Sequence record: SRR31156797_21941
Reading direction: 5' to 3' (one strand)
Length of the DNA: 32,697 nt
The position numbers were made by a program, and so were the translations under genes. Positions 9,890 through 19,288 of the stretch are shown piece by piece (the first letter of the stretch is position 1; each line of letters begins with the position of its first letter). The notes under the pieces were generated by a model. It was not told where the DNA came from. It did no database searches and saw only the letters and a program-made list of their open reading frames with translations.

Positions 9890-12355
9890 ATGAATCCGAT
9901 ACTCAAACTATTCACATTAAGCACCTTAGGATTATTAACTGCAATATTACTATCCAACTGTGCTGAAGAGCAAAAAGAAAAAATTGAAAAGAAAAGTAAC
10001 GACTGGCAATTCAGGCAAAGAGCTTTTCCGCATGGAAAAATAGATAAACAAGCTTTTTTGGAAGCCATTCAGACTGTACAACATCAAAAACGCTCGGCTG
10101 AAAAATCCTGGACTTTTGAAGGACCCACAAATATTGGTGGCCGTATTACTGATATTGAAACTACAACTGATAAAGTCTATTTTGCAGCTGCATCAGGAGG
10201 CTTATTTGTCTCAGAAGATGATGTAAACTGGTCGCCAATCTTCGATGATAACTCAACTCTATCAATTGGTGATTTTGACATTGCTGACACGGACGAAGAT
10301 ATAATCTACGTAGGAACCGGCGAAGCTAATGCCGGAGGAGGTTCTCTCGCATACGATGGGACGGGTATTTACAAATCAACAGATGCAGGGACAAGCTGGA
10401 TAAATACAGGATTACAAAATGGAGGAAGCATCGGGAAAGTAATCATTCACCCTGACAATGAGAATATTTGCTATGTAGCAGCCATGGGACAGCTGTTTAA
10501 TAATAACACTGAAAGAGGCGTTTACAAGACCTTAGATGGCGGAAATACATGGAATCAGGTTTTATATTTAAACGACAGCACAGGTGCTATTGATATGGCC
10601 ATAGATGTTACTCAACCAGACACTATTTATGCCGCTTTGTGGGAACGCGTAAGAAGAGTAAACCGCAGAAATTATGGTGGACCATCATCTGGAATTCATC
10701 GGAGCTTTGATGGTGGAAATACATGGACGGAACTTACAAACGGATTACCCGCAACAGCCGGAAGAATTGGAATTAGCATCGCTCCCTCTTCGCCTAATGT
10801 GCTATACGCCGTATACACCGACCCCGAAACAGACTACTTATCAGCCATATACAAAACTGAGGATTATGGAGATTCATGGGTGGAAAAAAGCATTAGTAAT
10901 GTATCGCAAGCTGGTTTTAACTGGTGGTTTAGTAAAATATTTGTACACCCTACAGACCCTGAAACTGTATTTGTAGCAAGTTTAAATATGCACAAATCAA
11001 CCAATGGGGGAAATACCTGGAGTGAAGTATTTATAGGTTCTCACGTTGATCAACATGCTTTGGCTTTTGACCCTTCAAACCCTGAAAAAGTATACATTGG
11101 AAATGATGGTGGACTCTATATAAGTAATAATGGTGGATCAAGTCATGTGAAAACTGATGATTTACCCATCACACAATTCTATACTTGTGAAATAGATTAT
11201 TCCGAACCAGAAAGACTCTATGGCGGAACACAGGATAATAGCGCAATGCGAACCATGACAGGTCAATTAAACGACTGGGAAATCATATTCTACGGTGACG
11301 GGTTTTACACGCTGGTTGATCCGAATAATAACAATTATGTTTATACTGAATACCAATATGGAGGATTAGGACGATCTACAGATGGAGGAAACTCTTTCTA
11401 TTTCGCCACAGACGGCATTAGCAGCAGTGATCGTATTAATTGGAGTGCTCCCATTGCTTTTAATCCGCAAAACACTGAAGAACTATATTTTGGAAGTCAG
11501 CGAATTTATAAAACTACTGATAGAGCAGTATCATGGGATCCAATTAGTGGAGACCTTACTGATAGCAATACAAGTGGTAATTTGGTTTATAACACAATTA
11601 CTACAATAGCGGTATCAGAGCTGAATCCTCAAATTATTTTGGCCGGAACAGATGATGGAAACGTAAGTATTACCACAGATGGAGGAAACACCTGGAATAA
11701 TATTTCAGAAGCTTTACCCAAACGTTGGGTAACACGAGTTCTCACTGACAAATATGATGAGCAAAAAATATATGTATCCCTGTCTGGTTATCGTTTTGGT
11801 GAAATTGAAGGCCACATTTATCAATCATCTAATTTAGGCACTAGTTGGGAAAATATCTCTGGAGATATGCCTGATATTCCAGTCAATTGTATACTTCAAA
11901 TCAAAGAAGAACAAATGGCTGCAGCAACTGACGTAGGCGTTTTCATAAGCAAAAATGGAGGTGAAAACTGGGAAGTTGCAGGTAATAACCTACCTCCGCT
12001 TATAATTACTGATATGGATTACCACAAACCAACAAATACCTTGTTAGCAGCAACATTTGGTCGTGGATTTTACAGTTATAAGCCGGATACCACAAGTACA
12101 AATTCAATCATCTCACAATCAAAAAAAGAACAAGAGTTTGTAGTTTATCCAAACCCTGCAAAAGACTATATTACATTGGGAATGGATCATAAATCATCTC
12201 AAATAGAAATCATTGATTTATCAGGTAGATCAATAACTAAAATTCAAAATAGAGTATCAGACAAAATAGACATTCAACACCTAGAACCCGGGGTTTATAT
12301 TATTCGAGCATTTATAAAAGGTGAATTCAAACAAACTCAATTTATTAAAAACTAA
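9890..12355 (+). CDS. BNR/Asp-box (VPS10/sortilin-like) beta-propeller protein with T9SS type A C-terminal domain
   Basis: GPTNIGGRITDI; many S/T-x-D-G-G-x-T/S-W repeats; GGTQDN; AATFGRG; C-terminus VYPNPAKD...GVYIIR...QFIKN. Confidence 0.85.
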   Translation: MNPILKLFTLSTLGLLTAILLSNCAEEQKEKIEKKSNDWQFRQRAFPHGKIDKQAFLEAIQTVQHQKRSAEKSWTFEGPTNIGGRITDIETTTDKVYFAAASGGLFVSEDDVNWSPIFDDNSTLSIGDFDIADTDEDIIYVGTGEANAGGGSLAYDGTGIYKSTDAGTSWINTGLQNGGSIGKVIIHPDNENICYVAAMGQLFNNNTERGVYKTLDGGNTWNQVLYLNDSTGAIDMAIDVTQPDTIYAALWERVRRVNRRNYGGPSSGIHRSFDGGNTWTELTNGLPATAGRIGISIAPSSPNVLYAVYTDPETDYLSAIYKTEDYGDSWVEKSISNVSQAGFNWWFSKIFVHPTDPETVFVASLNMHKSTNGGNTWSEVFIGSHVDQHALAFDPSNPEKVYIGNDGGLYISNNGGSSHVKTDDLPITQFYTCEIDYSEPERLYGGTQDNSAMRTMTGQLNDWEIIFYGDGFYTLVDPNNNNYVYTEYQYGGLGRSTDGGNSFYFATDGISSSDRINWSAPIAFNPQNTEELYFGSQRIYKTTDRAVSWDPISGDLTDSNTSGNLVYNTITTIAVSELNPQIILAGTDDGNVSITTDGGNTWNNISEALPKRWVTRVLTDKYDEQKIYVSLSGYRFGEIEGHIYQSSNLGTSWENISGDMPDIPVNCILQIKEEQMAAATDVGVFISKNGGENWEVAGNNLPPLIITDMDYHKPTNTLLAATFGRGFYSYKPDTTSTNSIISQSKKEQEFVVYPNPAKDYITLGMDHKSSQIEIIDLSGRSITKIQNRVSDKIDIQHLEPGVYIIRAFIKGEFKQTQFIKN

Positions 12356-12730
12356 CAGAGATTTTTATAAAAATCTTGTTATTGGAATTATGTTGACAAA
12401 AAACGTTATAAGTATAACGTAAAACCAAAAATGCACTAGACGCTCATTCATATGCTATTTCCACACCAATGGAAAATGACACGAAAAGGAATTCCGTTTG
12501 AAATATGGTATGCTTTTATCTAAGGAAAAAGTTAAACAACCTTAACCATTCTATTGTTAATATTCATTAAATAAGCTTTTTAACTGTTGATAGATAAGAG
12601 TATTGAATCAAATTATCAATTGATGTTATTGTTCAAAAACGATCTCATAATAATTTGATATTAGAAATAAATTGATGTATTTTTAAAACTAAGTCTAGTT
12701 TTTCATCTTAAAATCCACAATAATAAAACA

Positions 12731-15592
12731 GTGTATAAACTGCTGCAAAAATATCGATTCATATTCATTTCAGGCATGTTTGGAATATCAGTTTGGGTTT
12801 TGGATGCATTAATAGACTATCTTATTTTCTACAAAAATGCAGGATCATTTCAAGACTTATTGCTTTTTGAGATACCAAAACATGAATTATATATCAGAAG
12901 TCTAATTCTAGTTATGTTCTTGTTCTTCGGATATTTAATGTCAGTGTATGAATCTAGAAATAACAAGCAAAAAAAGCAACTCAATGAAGCTCAGCAGCTA
13001 GCTAAAGTAGGAAGCTGGCAATTTAATTTAAATGATCGAACAGTAACAGCATCTAATGAAGCATTTAGGTTATACGGTATAGATCCTAAAAAAGGAATTA
13101 CAGTAAATGAAGCTCAATCTATTCCTTTGCAAGAATATAGACCGCAACTTGATCAAGCATTAAAAAACCTAATAGAAAAAGATGCTCCATACGATATCAA
13201 ATTCAAATTAAAACAAAAAAATACAGGAAAGATTATTGATATCCACTCTCGTGCCACTTACGATAAGGAAAAAAACATAATTAAAGGAACCATTCAGGAT
13301 ATAACAGAACAGGTAAAATTATCAGAAGCGCTCCAGGAAAGTGAAGAAAGATATCGATATGCAATACAAGGATCGCAAGATGGTTTATGGGATTTAAACG
13401 TAAAAACTAATAAAGTTACAGTATCTGAGAGATATTCTACTATGCTTGGTTATGAGCCGGGAGAATTACCAGATGATATTCACGTTTGGACCGACTTAAT
13501 TCATCCGGAGGATCATGATAATGCAATAAAGAAATTCAATGATTACCTGGAAAGAAAAATTGATACATATAATTCTATTTTCAGATTAAAAACAAAAGAT
13601 GGTTCATATAAATGGATTAACGGACGTGGTCAGGCTATTTGGGATAAAAAAGGAAAAGCCCTTAGAAGCATAGGATTTCATACTGATATTACACAACTAA
13701 TTGAGACCAAACAAAAGCTAATTGAGAGCGAGGAGCGGTTTAGAAGAGCCATTGAAGGAACTACTGATGGACTTTGGGATTTAGATCTAAGGACCAATTC
13801 TGCATTCTTATCAGATAGATACTCCACTATGCTTGGATATGAACCTGGAGAATTACCCGCTTCCGGTGATGCCTGGACAAAACTACTTCACCCTGAAGAT
13901 GTTAATATTGTTATGGAAAGACTTGAAGACTATTTATCTCATAAAACTGAGGTCTATAATTCAACTTTCAGGATGAGAACAAAAGATGGGTCATATAAAT
14001 GGATAACAGGTCGGGGAAAAGCTGTTTGGGATGAAAATGGGAAACCACTTCGTATAACGGGATTTAACACTGATATTTCTGATGTGGTTGAGGCTGAAAA
14101 TGCACTAAAAGCCTCTGAGCAAAAGTTTAAAAGCATTTTTGAGTCATCTCCTATGGGAATATTGGTATATGATTTAACAAAATCAGGAGATTTAGTCTTA
14201 ATTGATTCTAATAAGGCTGCAAATAATATTTTAAACATTGATCTATCTCAAAGACATGGTAAAATAATAGAAGAAGCATTTCCTCCCCTTTCTAAAACTG
14301 ATATTCCTAAAATATACAAAGAAATTGCGGCAAATGGTACATCCTGGAATTCAGAGCAAGTAGATTATAATGATGGATTAATAAACAGTGCCTACGAAGT
14401 ACATGCTTTTCAAACCTTACCTGGCAGAATGGTTGCTTTATTTTTGGATATTTCTGAAAAACTAAAAACCAGGCAAGAATTAATAGAAAGTGAAGAAAAG
14501 TATAGATTGTTACTTTATAATCAAACAGATTTGGTTGTTAAAGTAGATCGTGAAGGAAAATTTCTATTTGTCAGTCCAAGCTATTGCAAAATGTTTGGAA
14601 AAACAGAAGAAGAATTGCTTGGTCAAAACTTTATGCCCCTTGTGCATAAAGATGATATAGAAGCAACTGAAAATGAGATGAAAAAGCTTTATAAACCACC
14701 ACATTTTGCAAGGATGCAACAAAGAGCTAAAGCTGTGAATGGTTGGCGATGGTTAGAATGGATTGATACTGCGATTTTAGATGAAAATGGGGAAGTAAAA
14801 GAAATAATAGGTGTTGGAAGAGATATTCACGAGCAAAAAAAAGCAGAAGAAGCGCTCAAACAAAAAAACAAAGAATTGGCTATTGCCAAGCAAAAAGCTG
14901 AAGAAAGTGATCAACTTAAATCAGCATTTTTAGCCAACATGAGTCATGAAATTCGAACACCAATGAATAGTATAATAGGTTTTGCGCAGATGCTTCAAAG
15001 ACCTATGCTCCCTAACGATAAAGTACAGAAATATGTATCCATTATCAATCAAAGCGGGCAACGAATGTTAACCACTATTAATAACATAATGGACATTTCC
15101 AGAATTGAATCTGGACATTATAAAGTTTCTGAGCAAGAGATCGATATCTACATTCAGCTTAAAAGACATTATGATGTATTTCAACCAGAAGCTCAATTTA
15201 AAGGAATAGAATTTGTTTATCCCAATAAGCAAAAAAATATTACCATAAAAACCGACCCTGAAAAGTTTGATGCAATAATGATTAATTTAATCAAGAATGC
15301 CATAAAATATACGGATAAAGGTCATATTGAAATTGGATACAAAGTGTACAACTCCTCCTATGAGCTTTACGTCAAAGATACAGGAATAGGTATTGAAAAA
15401 GAGCGTCAAAAGGCCATATTTGACAGATTTGTTCAAGCAGACCTTTACGACAAAGAAGTAAGAGAAGGTACTGGCTTGGGACTATCAATTACTAAAGCCT
15501 ATGTGGAAATGTTAGGTGGCAACATAGAACTGGAATCAGATTTAAATAAAGGTTCTGTTTTCAAATGTATTTTTCATCTCTCCAACACATAA
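12731..15592 (+). CDS. Membrane-anchored multi-PAS sensor histidine kinase with no receiver domain
   Basis: Two N-terminal TM helices; about five PAS/PAC units; H box FLANMSHEIRTPMN; N box NLIKNAIKYT; DTGIGI; IFDRFVQ; GTGLGLSI. GTG start. Confidence 0.92.
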   Translation: MYKLLQKYRFIFISGMFGISVWVLDALIDYLIFYKNAGSFQDLLLFEIPKHELYIRSLILVMFLFFGYLMSVYESRNNKQKKQLNEAQQLAKVGSWQFNLNDRTVTASNEAFRLYGIDPKKGITVNEAQSIPLQEYRPQLDQALKNLIEKDAPYDIKFKLKQKNTGKIIDIHSRATYDKEKNIIKGTIQDITEQVKLSEALQESEERYRYAIQGSQDGLWDLNVKTNKVTVSERYSTMLGYEPGELPDDIHVWTDLIHPEDHDNAIKKFNDYLERKIDTYNSIFRLKTKDGSYKWINGRGQAIWDKKGKALRSIGFHTDITQLIETKQKLIESEERFRRAIEGTTDGLWDLDLRTNSAFLSDRYSTMLGYEPGELPASGDAWTKLLHPEDVNIVMERLEDYLSHKTEVYNSTFRMRTKDGSYKWITGRGKAVWDENGKPLRITGFNTDISDVVEAENALKASEQKFKSIFESSPMGILVYDLTKSGDLVLIDSNKAANNILNIDLSQRHGKIIEEAFPPLSKTDIPKIYKEIAANGTSWNSEQVDYNDGLINSAYEVHAFQTLPGRMVALFLDISEKLKTRQELIESEEKYRLLLYNQTDLVVKVDREGKFLFVSPSYCKMFGKTEEELLGQNFMPLVHKDDIEATENEMKKLYKPPHFARMQQRAKAVNGWRWLEWIDTAILDENGEVKEIIGVGRDIHEQKKAEEALKQKNKELAIAKQKAEESDQLKSAFLANMSHEIRTPMNSIIGFAQMLQRPMLPNDKVQKYVSIINQSGQRMLTTINNIMDISRIESGHYKVSEQEIDIYIQLKRHYDVFQPEAQFKGIEFVYPNKQKNITIKTDPEKFDAIMINLIKNAIKYTDKGHIEIGYKVYNSSYELYVKDTGIGIEKERQKAIFDRFVQADLYDKEVREGTGLGLSITKAYVEMLGGNIELESDLNKGSVFKCIFHLSNT
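13340..14113 (+). repeat. Tandem in-frame duplication of a PAS-PAC unit (2 x 387 nt)
   Basis: SEERYRYAIQGSQDGLWDL...RYSTMLGYEPGELP...KTKDGSYKWINGRG at 13340 versus SEERFRRAIEGTTDGLWDL...RYSTMLGYEPGELP...RTKDGSYKWITGRG at 13727. Confidence 0.85.
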
Positions 15593-15597
15593 AATTG

Positions 15598-15628
15598 AAA
15601 TACCTGATGGTTGATTCAAGTATTTTTT
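15598..15628 (+). terminator. Possible weak terminator after the histidine kinase
   Basis: Imperfect stem AAATACCTGA...TCAAGTATTT followed by more Ts. Confidence 0.35.
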
Positions 15629-15661
15629 CCACTAAAACATCATTATAATAGGTGGTTTTCT

Positions 15662-15669
15662 TATATTTG
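15662..15669 (+). promoter_or_regulatory. Bacteroidetes -7 promoter element
   Basis: TATATTTG about 50 nt upstream of the ATG at 15721. Confidence 0.55.
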
Positions 15670-15720
15670 ACATACAGTAAGTTATAATAGTTTTAATATC
15701 TTAAAAATAATGTTAAAGTC

Positions 15721-16386
15721 ATGAACACACCACAGCAAACAAATCCACAATTGATTTCCTACATTACCCTTCGTAGAGTAGTTGGAATTTTAGGAATAGC
15801 ATTTCCCATTGTATTGGCTATTGGAGCACTTCTTTTTGGAGGTTGTGATTCAATCCAAAAAAGCATTAGCATTTATTACCACACCATTATGCGCAACCTA
15901 TTCGTGGGCATATTAAGTGCTATTGGATTATTCTTATTCACCTACAAAGGATATGAAAGAATTGACAACGTTGCAGGTAGCTTAGCCGGTATTTTTGCCT
16001 TTGGAGTAGCTTACTTTCCTTGTTCTATCACAGGACCGTTCACAGATTGCCTCCCTACTTCATTAGATACAGGAATATTCTTCATTTTACATTTGATATC
16101 AGCAATAGCACTGTTTATTACCCTGGCTTTTTTTTCCATCAAACTATTCACAAAATCACATGGTCAAAAAACCAAAATGAAGATTAAACGGAACAAATTA
16201 TATCGCACATGTGGCTATATTATTCTTTCAAGTATTGCCCTTATTGGAATCATAGCGCTTTTAAATCATTTTGGATACTTATTATTTCTACAAAAATATC
16301 ATTATACTTTTTGGCTTGAATCTATATCATTATGGGCATTTGGAACTTCGTGGTTAGTTAAAGGAAGAACGTTTTTAAAAGATTAA
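15721..16386 (+). CDS. Polytopic membrane protein, DUF998-like
   Basis: About six hydrophobic segments; ISYITLRRVVGILG, SISIYYHT, FWLESISLWAFGTSWLVKG resemble this family from memory. Confidence 0.65.
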   Translation: MNTPQQTNPQLISYITLRRVVGILGIAFPIVLAIGALLFGGCDSIQKSISIYYHTIMRNLFVGILSAIGLFLFTYKGYERIDNVAGSLAGIFAFGVAYFPCSITGPFTDCLPTSLDTGIFFILHLISAIALFITLAFFSIKLFTKSHGQKTKMKIKRNKLYRTCGYIILSSIALIGIIALLNHFGYLLFLQKYHYTFWLESISLWAFGTSWLVKGRTFLKD

Positions 16387-16396
16387 TACAAAAAAC

Positions 16397-16404
16397 TATC
16401 TTTG
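16397..16404 (+). promoter_or_regulatory. Bacteroidetes -7 promoter element for truC
   Basis: TATCTTTG(CC), 14 nt before the TTG start. Confidence 0.6.
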
Positions 16405-16418
16405 CCGGAAATTAAAAT

Positions 16419-17108
16419 TTGGAGCTACCAATTCTATATCAAGATGAACATCTGGTTGCCATTAATAAGCCGCATGGGCTTTTAGTGCATAGATCCTCGT
16501 ATGCAGCTGAAGCTGATGAATTTGCAGTTCAAATTCTGCGCGATCAGATTGGGAAATTTGTGTATCCATGTCACCGACTAGATCGCAAAACAGGAGGTGT
16601 GTTGCTTTTTGCACTTGATAGAGAAACAAATGCATTAATGCAAAAGCAATTTGCTGAAAACAAAGTAAAAAAGAAGTATCATGCCATTGTACGAGGTCAT
16701 ACTGAACCATCAGGTAAAATTGAATATGCCTTAACCAATGAGGCGGGTAAAACACAAGAAGCCTTAACCAATTATAAAACACTTGCTAAAACAGAAATCA
16801 ACATACCATTCGGCAAACATGAAACATCCCGCTATTCGTTGATTGAAGTAACTCCTGAAACGGGACGTATGCATCAAATTCGTAAACATATGGCTCATAT
16901 CTTTCATCCAATAATTGGAGATCGACCCCATGGCTGCAATAAGCAAAATAAACTATTTAAGGAAAAGTGGAATATGACAACTATGTTGTTGCATGCTGTC
17001 TCTATTGAATTTGAACATCCGCACAGTGAAGAAAAAATAAAAATCGAGGCGCCTTTGGAAGAACAATTTGAGAGGATGATGAAGACGTTGGAGTTTCGTC
17101 CTTTTTAA
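16419..17108 (+). CDS. truC: RluA-family pseudouridine synthase, TruC-like (tRNA Psi65)
   Basis: ILYQDEHLVAINKPHGLLVHRS, LRDQIG, HRLDRKTGG (catalytic Asp), SRYSL, ETGRMHQIRKHMAHIFHPIIGD. Confidence 0.85.
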   Translation: MELPILYQDEHLVAINKPHGLLVHRSSYAAEADEFAVQILRDQIGKFVYPCHRLDRKTGGVLLFALDRETNALMQKQFAENKVKKKYHAIVRGHTEPSGKIEYALTNEAGKTQEALTNYKTLAKTEINIPFGKHETSRYSLIEVTPETGRMHQIRKHMAHIFHPIIGDRPHGCNKQNKLFKEKWNMTTMLLHAVSIEFEHPHSEEKIKIEAPLEEQFERMMKTLEFRPF

Positions 17109-17129
17109 AGGCTGATATCATAAATCGGA

Positions 17130-17230
17130 GACGCGACATTGCGAGGGCGAAGCCCGTGGCAATCTATTAAAAATAACCTGTACAGGCAGTTTGAATGAGA
17201 TCACTTCGCTGGCGCTCGTGATGACGTGTC
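17130..17230. repeat. CGTC-type REP-like palindromic element, copy 1
   Basis: GC-rich CGACATTGCGAG-GGC GAA GCCC-GTGGCAATCT...AGATCACTTCG...CTCGTGATGACG between convergent genes. Confidence 0.75.
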
Positions 17231-17254
17231 GTTGAATTGGGTACTAATACGAAT

Positions 17255-18046
17255 CTACCTAAAAACCTCCTTCTTCAGCATTGCAAACTTATTGAAAGCA
17301 ATAGGTGATGTCAGCCACAATGTGAGTAAAACGGAAAGCATGTTATTGCAGAAAATCGCGGTCATAATGGCTATCTGATATTTTATAGCTGTTACGGGTA
17401 ATGATCCACCCAGAATTTGCCCTGTCATCATGCCCGGAAGTGATACCAACCCAACCGTTGCCATGGTTGCCAACATTGGATTTACCGATGCTCGCAAAGT
17501 TTCTCTGTAGAAAGGTTTTAAAGCTTGTCCCCTGCTTGCTCCAAATGCTAAAAGCGATTCATAGCTTTCACGTTGTGACTTTAAACTAGAGAAAAATCGA
17601 TCAATACCTATTACATTAGCTTTTAATGTATTACCCAACATCATCCCACCAATAGGAATTAAATATCTGGCATCAAATAAGTTATCTAAATCGATAATTA
17701 GCCAGTCAAAATATAAGACCAATACTACGAGTGGTAATAAAGACGATATAAAAAACCGAAAGAAAAAGATACGCCATTTCAAATTACATGATTTTATTGC
17801 CGAAAATGAAGCTATGACAGTCATGAGAAGTAAATAACCAACATTTACCCACCTATTATTCAATTCGAAAATATAGTGTAGGTACAAACCTACAAAAGCC
17901 AATTGTAAGCCCATACGGGCAGTGGAAATCAAGGTTCGCTTAACAATACCAAGCTTTAACCAGTATGAAATGATTAATGGAGGTACTACTAGCAAGAAAG
18001 CAAATATCATTGCCCACAACCCTATATTTGCAGCAGCATCACTCAT
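17255..18046 (-). CDS. fetB: ABC transporter permease, UPF0014/FetB (YbbM) family
   Basis: RMGLQLAFVGLYL, ARYLIPIGGMMLGN, VGLVSLPGMMTGQILGG, AIKYQIAIM. Confidence 0.88.
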   Translation of the reverse strand: MSDAAANIGLWAMIFAFLLVVPPLIISYWLKLGIVKRTLISTARMGLQLAFVGLYLHYIFELNNRWVNVGYLLLMTVIASFSAIKSCNLKWRIFFFRFFISSLLPLVVLVLYFDWLIIDLDNLFDARYLIPIGGMMLGNTLKANVIGIDRFFSSLKSQRESYESLLAFGASRGQALKPFYRETLRASVNPMLATMATVGLVSLPGMMTGQILGGSLPVTAIKYQIAIMTAIFCNNMLSVLLTLWLTSPIAFNKFAMLKKEVFR

Positions 18047-18659
18047 TGATTTGCACTTTTTTAAGGTTTAAATTCTCCCATATTTCGTCGTGAGAAATAA
18101 TAATAACTGTGGCATCAGTTTTTTCGACCTCCACTATGATTCGCCTGGCGTTTGGCAGATCTAATCCACTTGTTATTTCATCCAGCAGCCATACTTTCCT
18201 ATTCAATACTTTCAACAAAGCAAAACCAACTCGTTGGCGTTCCCCACCTGATAATTCTTCAGTATTCTTTTTTTGAATATCCTGAGCAAGATTATACTTT
18301 TCAAACTCATTGAGAATTATAGCTTTGGAAAGATTGAGATGACGGTTACCTTCAAATTGGATCAATTCTTCGATAAAATTTTCGACTTTCATTTTTGGCA
18401 AAGGAATATTTTGAGCCACGTACCCCATATTTGAACGTAGACTACTCACATTTTCATCAGTCATTTCCTGATTACCAATCAATAGCTTACCCTGATCAGG
18501 TAATTGAAAACCAAAAATAATTTTCATCAAGGTGGACTTGCCACTCCCGGATGGAGCTTGCAGCCATACCTTTCCCCCACTTTCAAGCTTCAATGAAAAA
18601 TCAGAAAAAAGTTTTTGCTCATTGAATGACAAACTGATATTACTTAACTCAATTTTCAT
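18039..18659 (-). CDS. fetA: ABC transporter ATP-binding protein, FetA (YbbL)-like
   Basis: Walker A APSGSGKST, signature LSGGERQR, Walker B LLDE, H-loop ISHD; ATGAGTGA overlap with the permease start. Confidence 0.82.
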   Translation of the reverse strand: MKIELSNISLSFNEQKLFSDFSLKLESGGKVWLQAPSGSGKSTLMKIIFGFQLPDQGKLLIGNQEMTDENVSSLRSNMGYVAQNIPLPKMKVENFIEELIQFEGNRHLNLSKAIILNEFEKYNLAQDIQKKNTEELSGGERQRVGFALLKVLNRKVWLLDEITSGLDLPNARRIIVEVEKTDATVIIISHDEIWENLNLKKVQINE

Positions 18660-18855
18660 ATTCGAAAAACCAAAACAATTTCTTCAAAGAAAGTAATTTT
18701 AGTTGTGATTTAATACGTATCAGTTTCTCAATATGATAGAATTTTAGCTAAAAAATACTTGCAATGAGACTAGAAACTAAACAACATATAGTTATTGCCA
18801 AAATAATCATAATTATAAATTTTAATTATGTAATAATGAAAAGAGAAGAAACAAT

Positions 18856-19188
18856 TTAAGATTGCATGTAAAAATAAACACCTAAAACTACTCCAATGAT
18901 CAAGATAGCAAGACCAAAGAAAAGACCGATTTTCTTCTTTTTTACCTCTTTTTCATTTAATGGTCTGATATTACCAAGTTTTTCATGCTTTTTCTCAATC
19001 ATTGCTCCAATTGGAAGACCAATACTCATTCCAAATGCAGGTCCTAGTGCAATTAAATCAACTCTATCGATGGCAATTAAAATGGGAAAAGCTATGATTG
19101 TAAATACACCCATTCCTATTCCCATCCATTTTGATACAAAATGTCCTTTAGGATATTGCTGTTGGTTGGTTTGTGGATTTTCTTTCAT
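18856..19188 (-). CDS. Small membrane protein of unknown function (about three TM helices)
   Basis: Hydrophobic Gly-rich helices, GNIRPL motif, ATG start with an upstream promoter motif. Confidence 0.7.
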   Translation of the reverse strand: MKENPQTNQQQYPKGHFVSKWMGIGMGVFTIIAFPILIAIDRVDLIALGPAFGMSIGLPIGAMIEKKHEKLGNIRPLNEKEVKKKKIGLFFGLAILIIGVVLGVYFYMQS

Positions 19189-19213
19189 GATGTTGTGCTT
19201 TAAGGATTTAATT

Positions 19214-19221
19214 CAAAAATA
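19214..19221 (-). promoter_or_regulatory. Bacteroidetes -7 promoter element
   Basis: TATTTTTG on the minus strand, 25 nt upstream of the ATG at 19188. Confidence 0.5.
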
Positions 19222-19288
19222 CAACAATACCCCAATCAACTCAAAATTAAATGATTATTGAACGCATTCGAACATAGGCGTACACTAA

